From assembly GCA_030141605.1 (NCBI GenBank), contig JAQGDQ010001683.1, positions 1 to 29,685 on the forward strand: a DNA stretch of 29,685 nt, given 5' to 3'. Of the stretch, positions 11,011-20,576 are shown in pieces. This DNA is from Tubiluchus corallicola (lineage: Eukaryota > Animalia > Priapulida). The notes beneath the pieces are model-generated. The model was not told the DNA's origin. It searched no databases and was given only the letters and a program-made list of their open reading frames with translations. Position numbers and translations under genes: made by a program. Within the stretch, counting starts at the first letter, position 1. Every line of letters begins with the position of its first letter.

Positions 11011-14000
11011 TCAAAGCGACACAGAGACTAAATCTACACAGTGTTGACTAAATTCAAGACGAAGGTGAGAAAATGAACAAAACTTACTCCTCGTTACAGA
11101 ATTCAAAGCGACACAGAGACTAAATCTACACAGTGTTGACTAAATTCAAAATGAAGGTGAGAAAATGAACAAAACTTACTCCTCATTGCAGAATTCAAAG
11201 CAACACAGAGACTAAATCTACACAGTGTTGACTAAATTCAAAATGAAGGTGAGAAAATGAACAAAACTTACTCCTCGTTACAGAATTCAAAGCAACGCAG
11301 AGACTAAATCTACACAGTGTTGATTAAATTCAAAATGAAGGTGAGAAAATGAACAAAACTTACTCCTCGTTGCAGAATTCAAAGCAACACAGAGACTAAA
11401 TCTACACAGTGTTGACTAAATTCAAAATGAAGGTGAGAAAATGAACAAAACTTACTCCTCATTGCAGAATTCAAAGCAACACAGAGACTAAATCTACACA
11501 GTGTTGACTAAATTCAAGATGAAGGTGAGAAAATGAACAAAACTTACTCCTCATTGCAGAATTCAAAGCAACACAGAGACTAAATCTACACAGTGTTGAT
11601 TAAATTCAAGATGAAGGTGAGAAAATGAACAAAACTTACTCCTCGTTGCAGAATTCAAAGCAACACAGAGACTAAATCTACACAGTGTTGACTAAATTCA
11701 AAATGAAGGTGAGAAAATGAACAAAACTTACTCCTCGTTGCAGAATTCAAAGCGACACAGAGACTAAATCTACACAGTGTTGACTAAATTCAAAATGAAG
11801 GTGAGAAAATGAACAAAACTTACTCCTCGTTACAGAATTCAAAGCGACACAGTGTTGACTAAATTCAAAATGAAGGTGAGAAAATGAACAAAACTTACTC
11901 CTCGTTACAGAATTCAAAGCAACGCAGAGACTAAATCTACACAGTGTTGACTAAATTCAAAATGAAGGTGAGAAAATGAACAAAACTTACTCCTCGTTGC
12001 AGAATTCAAAGCGACACAGAGACTAAATCTACACAGTGTTGACTAAATTCAAAATGAAGGTGAGAAAATGAACAAAACTTACTCCTCATTGCAGAATTCA
12101 AAGCGAAGCAGAGACTAAATCTACACAGTGTTGACTAAATTCAAAATGAAGGTGAGAAAATGAACAAAACTTACTCCTCGTTGCAGAATTCAAAGCGACA
12201 CAGAGACTAAATCTACACAGTGTTGACTAAATTCAAAATGAAGGTGAGAAAATGAACAAAACTTACTCCTCATTGCAGAATTCAAAGCGACACAGAGACT
12301 AAATCTACACAGTGTTGACTAAATTCAAAATGAAGGTGAGAAAATGAACAAAACTTACTCCTCGTTGCAGAATTCAAAGCAACGCAGAGACTAAATCTAC
12401 ACAGTGTTGATTAAATTCAAAATGAAGGTGAGAAAATGAACAAAACTTACTCCTCGTTGCAGAATTCAAAGCAACACAGAGACTAAATCTACACAGTGTT
12501 GACTAAATTCAAAATGAAGGTGAGAAAATGAACAAAACTTACTCCTCGTTGCAGAATTCAAAGCAACACAGAGACTAAATCTACACAGTGTTGACTAAAT
12601 TCAAAATGAAGGTGAGAAAATGAACAAAACTTACTCCTCATTGCAGAATTCAAAGCAACACAGAGACTAAATCTACACAGTGTTGATTAAATTCAAGATG
12701 AAGGTGAGAAAATGAACAAAACTTACTCCTCGTTGCAGAATTCAAAGCAACACAGAGACTAAATCTACACAGTGTTGACTAAATTCAAAATGAAGGTGAG
12801 AAAATGAACAAAACTTACTCCTCATTGCAGAATTCAAAGCGACGCAGAGACTAAATCTACACAGTGTTGACTAAATTCAAAATGAAGGTGAGAAAATGAA
12901 CAAAACTTACTCCTCATTACAGAATTCAAAGCGACACAGAGACTAAATCTACACAGTGTTGACTAAATTCAAAATGAAGGTGAGAAAATGAACAAAACTT
13001 ACTCCTCATTGCAGAATTCAAAGCGACACAGAGACTAAATCTACACAGTGTTGATTAAATTCAAGATGAAGGTGAGAAAATGAACAAAACTTACTCCTCG
13101 TCGCAGAATTCAAAGCGACACAGAGACTAAATCTACACAGTGTTGACTAAATTCAAAATGAAGGTGAGAAAATGAACAAAACTTACTCCTCATTGCAGAA
13201 TTCAAAGCAACGCAGAAACTAAATCTACACAGTGTTGACTAAATTCAAGACGAAGGTGAGAAAATGAACAAAACTTACTCCTCATTGCAGAATTCAAAGC
13301 GACACAGAGACTAAATCTACACAGTGTTGATTAAATTCAAAATGAAGGTGAGAAAATGAACAAAACTTACTCCTCGTTGCAGAATTCAAAGCAACACAGA
13401 GACTAAATCTACACAGTGTTGATTAAATTCAAAATGAAGGTGAGAAAATGAACAAAACTTACTCCTCGTTGCAGAATTCAAAGCAACACAGAGACTAAAT
13501 CTACACAGTGTTGACTAAATTCAAAATGAAGGTGAGAAAATGAACAAAACTTACTCCTCATTGCAGAATTCAAAGCAACACAGAGACTAAATCTACACAG
13601 TGTTGACTAAATTCAAAATGAAGTGAGAAAAGAACAAACTTACTCTCATTGCAGAATTCAAAGCACACAGAACTAAATCAATAAATTCAAAATGAAGGTG
13701 AGAAAATGAACAAAACTTACTCCTCATTGCAGAATTCAAAGCGACACAGAGACTAAATCTACACAGTGTTGACTAAATTCAAAATGAAGGTGAGAAAATG
13801 AACAAAACTTACTCCTCATTGCAGAATTCAAAGCGACACAGAGACTAAATCTACACAGTGTTGATTAAATTCAAGATGAAGGTGAGAAAATGAACAAAAC
13901 TTACTCCTCGTTGCAGAATTCAAAGCGACACAGAGACTAAATCTACACAGTGTTGATTAAATTCAAGATGAAGGTGAGAAAATGAACAAAACTTACTCCT

Positions 14001-15574
14001 CATTGCAGAATTCAAAGCAACACAGAGACTAAATCTACACAGTGTTGATTAAATTGAAGATGAAGGAGAGAAAATGAACAAAACTTACTCCTCGTCGCAG
14101 AATTCAAAGCGACACAGAGACTAAATCTACACAGTGTTGACTAAATTCAAAATGAAGGTGAGAAAATAAACAAAACTTACTCCTCATTGCAGAATTCAAA
14201 GCAACGCAGAAACTAAATCTACACAGTGTTGACTAAATTCAAGACGAAGGTGAGAAAATGAACAAAACTTACTCCTCGTTGCAGAATTCAAAGCAACGCA
14301 GAGACTAAATCTACACAGTGTTGACTAAATTCAAAATGAAGGTGAGAAAATGAACAAAACTTACTCCTCGTTGCAGAATTCAAAGCGACACAGAGACTAA
14401 ATCTACACAGTGTTGACTAAATTCAAAACGAAGGTGAGAAAATGAACAAAACTTACTCCTCGTTGCAGAATTCAAAGCAACACAGAGACTAAATCTACAC
14501 AGTGTTGACTAAATTCAAAATGAAGGTGAGAAAATGAACAAAACTTTCTCCTCGTTACAGAATTCAAAGCGACACAGAGACTAAATCTACACAGTTTTGA
14601 CTAAATTCAAAATGAAGGTGAGAAAATGAACGAAACTTACTCCTCGTTACAGAATTCAAAGCGAAGCAGAGACTAAATCTACACAGTTTTGACTAAATTC
14701 AAAATGAAGGTGAGAAAATGAACGAAACTTACTCCTCGTTACAGAATTCAAAGCGACACAGAGACTAAATCTACACAGTGTTGACTAAATTCAAGATGAA
14801 GGTGAGAAAATGAACAAAACTTACTCCTCGTTGCAGAATTCAAAGCGACACAGAGACTAAATCTACACAGTGTTGACTAAATTCAAAATGAAGGTGAGAA
14901 AATGAACAAAACTTACTCCTCATTGCAGAATTCAAAGCGACGCAGAGACTAAATCTACATAGTGTTGACTAAATTCAAGACGAAGGTGAGAAAATGAACA
15001 AAACTTACTCCTCGTTGCAGAATTCAAAGCGACACAGAGACTAAATCTACACAGTGTTGATTAAATTCAAAACGAAGGTGAGAAAATGAACAAAACTTAC
15101 TCCTCGTTGCAGAATTCAAAGCGACACAGAGACTAAATCTACACAGTGTTGACTAAATTCAAAATGAAGGTGAGAAAATGAACAAAACTTACTCCTCGTT
15201 ACAGAATTCAAACCAACACAGAGACTAAATCTACACAGTGTTGACTAAATTCAAAATGAAGGTGAGAAAATGAACAAAACTTACTCCTCGTTGCAGAATT
15301 CAAAGCGACGCAGAGACTAAATCTACACAGTGTTTACTAAATTCAAAATGAAGGTGAGAAAATGAACAAAACTTACTCCTCGTTGCAGAATTCAAAGCGA
15401 CGCAGAGACTAAATCTACACAGTGTTGACTAAATTCAAAATGAAGGTGAGAAAATGAACAAAACTTACTCCTCGTTGCAGAATTCAAAGCAACGCAGAGA
15501 CTAAATCTACACAGTGTTGACTAAATTCAAAATGAAGGTGAGAAAATGAACAAAACTTACTCCTCGTTGCAGAA
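11011..15574. repeat. 92-bp satellite, about 50 copies, overlapping the exon 3 / intron 3 junction of endosulfine
   Basis: Unit attcaaagcgacacagagactaaatctacacagtgttgactaaattcaaaatgaaggtgagaaaatgaacaaaacttactcctcgttgcaga. The 'cttactc' position recurs every 92 bp from 11083 to 15556, apart from three shortened intervals. Confidence 0.98.
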
Positions 15575-15620
15575 GTCGTTTTTGCAGGAACAGCGAGCCT
15601 CCGGGTTTTGCAAATCCACC
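15561..15620 (-). CDS. ENSA: Alpha-endosulfine/ARPP-19, coding exon 3 (GGFAKPGGSLFLQKRLLQRG)
   Basis: Acceptor gtgttttttgtag|GGT, donor GGA|gtaagt, 60 nt. Matches the family motif KPGGSxFLxKRLQKG. Confidence 0.92.
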
Positions 15621-15660
15621 CTACAAAAAACACAAACACATATGTTTAACCAACAGTGAA

Positions 15661-16243
15661 GAGGACTAAAGTGACGTCAAGACGACTAAAGTGACGTCAA
15701 GACGACTAAAGTGACGTCAAGACGACTAAAGTGACGTCAAGAGGGCTAAAGTGACATCAAGACGACTAAAGTGATGTCAAGAGGGCTAAAGTGACGTCAA
15801 GAGGGCTAAAGTGACGTCAAGACGACTAAAGTGATGTCAAGAGGGCTAAAGTGACGTCAAGACGACTAAAGTGACGTCATGACAACTAAAGTGACGTCAA
15901 GACGACTAAAGTGACGTCAAGACGACTAAAGTGACGTCAAGACGACTAAAGTGACGTCAAGACGACTAAAGTGACGTCAAGAGGGCTAAAGTGACGTCAA
16001 GACGACTAAAGTGATGTCAAGAGGGCTAAAGTGACGTCAAGACGACTAAAGTGACGTCAAGACGACTAAAGTGACGTCAAGACAACTAAAGTGACGTCAA
16101 GACGACTAAAGTGACGTCATGACGACTAAAGTGACGTCAAGAGGGCTAAAGTGACGTCAAGACGTCTAAAGTGACGTCAAGACGACTGAAGTGACGTCAA
16201 GACGACTGAAGTGACATCAAGACGACTAATGTGATGACAAGAC
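15661..16243. repeat. 20-bp minisatellite, 29 copies, containing the CRE palindrome TGACGTCA
   Basis: Unit gacgactaaagtgacgtcaa; 23 of 29 units carry a perfect TGACGTCA. Confidence 0.97.
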
Positions 16244-16940
16244 TCCTCGCTACATTCAGACGTTCTTTTGAAAAATAAAATGGCGGCCGTTAACAAACAG
16301 CACAAGCTTAGGTACACATCACTAAAATATGTCACGAGTAAAAAATATTCGAGGGGGGTGCAGACAAAGATTTGAAGATCATTCTTAATTTCATTAGCCT
16401 AGAGGCCCCAAAGGGTTATAATCCGTCCCGTCTATCACATAGATGGTAGCCATTATATCACAATGGAAAACTATGTATTATTTGATAACTTTTGCTTACC
16501 TTGAAGAATTTAGTTTGTTTTTTGCTTTCATTTGATTATGAAATATATTTATTAATTTTTTAGTATTGCATCTTTGAATTACTGTATCTGCTTTACCATA
16601 AATTTACGCATACAGTATAACTATTATTATTATTCACAGTGTAACCTGGTATTCAATACTCGAGAATTTCTCGCTTACTATTTTTCCACCCTTTTAAAAA
16701 TTTGACTAGATTAAATATACATTTCTGCTACTTAGTACTTAATTTAATACCAAATCTATTTTTAATACCATAATGTTTATATATATATATATAAACACCT
16801 AAAAAAGTGTCATGAGCCTGTAAGCAAACTTGTATTTTTAATAAGGCACAGCGGATCAAGTGACCGATAGGTTTTCGTGATCGAAATGTAAAAATAATTA
16901 CGTAGAATTTTAACTCTTATTGAGAAAATAAAATTGAATT

Positions 16941-17431
16941 CAGGGATGAACACAAATTTCAAAAAACTGTGAAATAGGCCAGGGGTTTAGGGGCCGCGAA
17001 GCCCCCTTGGAGCCAAGAACAAATTGATATTTTGTGACATTAGAGAGCCTCTAAGTGGACTTAAAATATCAGTTACCTTTATTTCATGCATAATTTAAAA
17101 TACTCAACTACCAAGGATACATGATACCTAATTGTCTCAAAAACACCTAAGTACTGGCAAAGTATATAAAAACTATGCAAAAGTATATAAAAACTGTCTG
17201 CAATTGACTCAAATAACTCTGCACAGTTGATTCTATATTTTTATACATAGAGATATACACATGGTTACACTGATGTAAGTGATGTAAACAAAGTGACGGC
17301 CTGCCACCTAGCGGTCAGTTTGTGAAATAATGTAGAATTTTCTCAACGAATTTACGCGATTTACAAAAATGGCACTACTGGTCTTCCAAAAACTCGGAAT
17401 TCCGCGTATCCGCGGAAAATTCTCATCCCTG
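16941..17431. mobile_element. hAT-like non-autonomous element (491 bp) in endosulfine intron 2
   Basis: TIR CAGGGATGA...TCATCCCTG flanked by the direct repeat tgaatt on both sides. Confidence 0.65.
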
Positions 17432-17461
17432 TGAATTGAATTGTACGAAAGATAAATTCAC

Positions 17462-17560
17462 CTGTGGATATTTAGCCTTTAGTTTCTGTTCTTCAATCTG
17501 TTCAGGAGTGAGTTTTGGTTCTGCTGGTTTAGAATCAACGTCATCTAATTTCTTCTTTTC
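17462..17560 (-). CDS. ENSA: Alpha-endosulfine/ARPP-19, coding exon 2 (EKKKLDDVDSKPAEPKLTPEQIEEQKLKAKYPQ)
   Basis: Acceptor ttcgttttag|GAA, donor CAG|gtgaat, 99 nt in frame. Contains the family motif (S/T)PExxEExKLKAKYP. Confidence 0.92.
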
Positions 17561-18285
17561 CTAAAACGAATATGCATAAAAAACGAATTAACCTTAGTCT
17601 ATCAGCACTGGATTGCAACCGCGTTTCCAATTTCGTCGTTACCGAGATTCAAAGAAAGTTTGAAAACTTCGCTCATGCTGAAGGTTGAGTTTGTGTAGTA
17701 TATGGAGCACGGTAAGATTCACGGTAAGCGACAGACTAGCACATACTTAACATCCAATCAACATCCTCCATTTAGGTTTGCATTCAATTTGTGTCGTAAA
17801 GCTAGGACACCTACGTCTAAGTATAATGGTGCCTAATTAGTAAATGACATCTAAATTTGATTGTCAATAGTGTGTTCTTGGTGAATCAGTGGTGTACACT
17901 GGGATGGTAAAGCAATGTTATTTTACCAAGATGTATGCGCATTTAAATTATTAAGAATTCATTTACAATTACATAAGTCTTTCAAAGAGGTTAGCGTACC
18001 ATTACGTAATATAATTTTGTGTGGAAAGTTTCTTGGGCTATGCTTCAAACTTCCCTTTTCTTCAACTTGTCTTTTGGATTTTCGATTTTTTCCGTCGCCC
18101 TTTTGCCGAACAAGTCGGATCACTCGTGCTTTTTCTGCCCTTGATTAAGTTTTGCCACATATTCGATTGTAAAAGCAATAATTATGCAACACCAGCGCTA
18201 TGTGATGATACATGACTACGAATGGCCAATTTAAATCAAGTTGCAGATGCAAGCATCCATTTATCACTCAAATTATCAGCATTAC

Positions 18286-18351
18286 CTCTACAGCTGGAAC
18301 GTCTGATGACATTTCTGATGTCTTCACTTGCTCGGCGGTGTCTGGATTCAT
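18286..18351 (-). CDS. ENSA: Alpha-endosulfine/ARPP-19 family gene, coding exon 1 (MNPDTAEQVKTSEMSSDVPAVE)
   Basis: Minus strand caaacATG at 18351, 22 open codons, ending at the donor GAG|gtaatg. Phase 0 matches exon 2. The N-terminus is poorly conserved in this family, so this exon rests on splice signals, frame and protein size. Confidence 0.72.
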
Positions 18352-18754
18352 GTTTGTGATAATAACACGAATTTTATTTTATCAAAATTACCGAAAATAC
18401 TCAACCACGCAGAATCAACAAAATCAGCTGTAATCTTGCAAGGTTGATTTTGAAATCCCGAAAGTGAAGTTTATAAAAGTGCCCGCCAGGTGCGCAAATA
18501 CTGCAGTTTTGTCACGAACAACATGGGCAACAAAAACCCTAAATTTAATGAAAATAAATGTAGTTATGCTCGCCGAAATAAATTTCGTTCTTCCTAACGT
18601 TAACTGAAAAAAATAGTTAAGATTAAAGTAAAAAAAAAACATAAAATACATGTTTGCAAAGAAACAGTGGTATATTTACACTAATAATTTCAATAAAAGC
18701 AAGACTTCAATAAATTTTTGCTTGCTTCTTTTATTCTTGTTTAGTTTTTACACT

Positions 18755-18776
18755 AGTAGTAGTAGTAACAATAATA

Positions 18777-18828
<52 letters not shown>

Positions 18829-18932
18829 TAATAATAATAATATTAATAATAACAATAGTAATAGTATTAATAATAGCAACCGTAATATTGGTATTAGTAA
18901 TGGCAAAATAATGATGATAATAATAATAATTT
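18755..18932. repeat. (AAT)n/(AGT)n microsatellite
   Basis: Trinucleotide runs. Explains the poly-N ORF 18650..18940. Confidence 0.97.
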
Positions 18933-19050
18933 TTACGTAAATGCTATGGGAAGAGAGTATATATCCGAAGTTGACTATATTTTAGAGCATTCTTTATTCT
19001 GAACTAATGCTTACACAATCGTCCGGTTTTCCTTTAAATATTAGTAATTT

Positions 19051-19900
19051 ACTAGCAAAAGGCCCACAAAAAATTTTGCGTATAAATACACGTATAATCA
19101 AAAATATGCGAACATCCTACCTAGTGTTTGTATACTTACCTAACGCAAAGCCTGCAGCAGCTTTTACTGAATTAAAGCTGGAAGGTTATAGACAGAGTAT
19201 AATGGATGACGTCAGAACAATGGCTTTACGTCAGCCGTTTTCTAAGCGAAAATTGCCGAAAATAGAACACCTAATTAACTCGTCGGTACTCCTCTGAGTG
19301 GACGTGTCCTAAAATATAGCCCACACCATCGTGTAGCCCTGTTCTTCCTCTTTCTAAAGAGCTATATATCTCATTCCGAGAGTCCATCAGGCGCCGCTAG
19401 AACGTTTTTTCTGCAGGCTGTTTGGCCAAAATTTCGAAAAATCGCGAGTTGGGTTCGGGAAAACGTCCGTTACGGGACGCCGTGGCACTCTCGCGAATTT
19501 TAAATATCCCTACTACACCCACTGCTGAACGGGCTATCTATCCATAGCCAGCACCGCCCTCGGCCCCTTCCCGTTCTTCAGATCTCAGGCGTATAACTTT
19601 TGCAAAAAACGGCCGAAAAATGGCCATTTTTGGAGGTTTTTCGCCCCCCCCTTTCCTCCCGGTGGGCCCAATGGCAATAAACCCCCAATGGCACGACACT
19701 AGATCGAGACCTTTCGTTTGATGTATAGATCGCCGCAAATGGTGCCGTCGTCGAAGCTGTAGCCCCGAATCTTATATAAATAAATATATATATATACATA
19801 TATATATACCAGCAGAATTAATATATACTAGCAAAGGCCCCACAAAAAATTTTGCATATAAATACACGTATAATCAAAAATGCGCGAACATCCTACATAG
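19051..19900 (-). mobile_element. Non-autonomous Helitron-like element in tandem (full unit about 19051-19826, partial second copy from 19827)
   Basis: An approximately 70-bp block actagcaaa(a)ggccc(c)acaaaaaattttgc...gaacatcctac occurs at 19051 and 19827. On the minus strand it reads as a hairpin (cgcaaaa-tt-ttttgtg) then gggccttttg-CTAG|t. The other end is TA-rich (tatatattaattc). No TSD. Confidence 0.6.
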
Positions 19901-20576
19901 TCCTCATCCTACATAGCCTCTGGTAGAGAATACTCATTCCTAGTGTTAAGGCACGATCCTTCTTAAAAAGTTATAAATTATGCCCTCTAGATATAGTACT
20001 TTGCTTTAATTATAGTACATGTAGAAACAGCAAAGGGCAAAAAGTATGTTTACGAATAATAGGGCTAGATAATAATACGTAAGTCCTCTGCCACAGGGTT
20101 TTTAATATATCTGTCAATCAATTTTTGTGTCTCTTAATTCTAAGTTGATATCGGCTTTTGTATCTCAGTGCAGTAGTAGCTGCATCTGTGTATTATTTGC
20201 TATTGGAATACTTTATTTAGTCTGCCATATTTAATTTTCTGTATAATAATTATTATTGTATTAGCTAAAATGTATCTAGTTTACACCGAAAACATTTGAT
20301 GGTGAAATAAAGTGAACTGAACGGAATTGAGTGGTGCGTCTCAAGTAGCGGTTCCTTCCGCGATCATGGCTGCGTCCAGAAGCAGAACGTGATTCAATTC
20401 TAGTAGACTGATTAGCACCAGGAACCTTTTCTTTTTGGCCGCGTTTCAGTTACTTGAGAACTTGGATACTAAGTGGTGGTACAGTTGTTTAATTAAAGTA
20501 CTAAACTGGTCACAGAAATGTCAGGACGGAAACCTGAACTTGAAACTTGCTCTCTGTTCTTTACGACTACTAATAA

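Noticed and set aside
13620-13690. Locally degraded 92-bp units
   Set aside because: Clustered single-base losses in short runs look like long-read consensus error or an assembly join rather than biology. The array copy number may therefore be inexact.
11011-15574. CRISPR-like appearance of this and the other regular arrays
   Set aside because: Units are contiguous with no unique spacers, there are no cas genes, and the context is eukaryotic and intron-containing.
18000-18145. Purine-rich minus-strand stretch in ENSA intron 1 as an extra exon
   Set aside because: No good polypyrimidine acceptor, the phase does not fit, and the frame from the nearby ATG hits a stop.
18650-18940. Poly-Asn ORF
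   Set aside because: Translation of the (AAT)n microsatellite.
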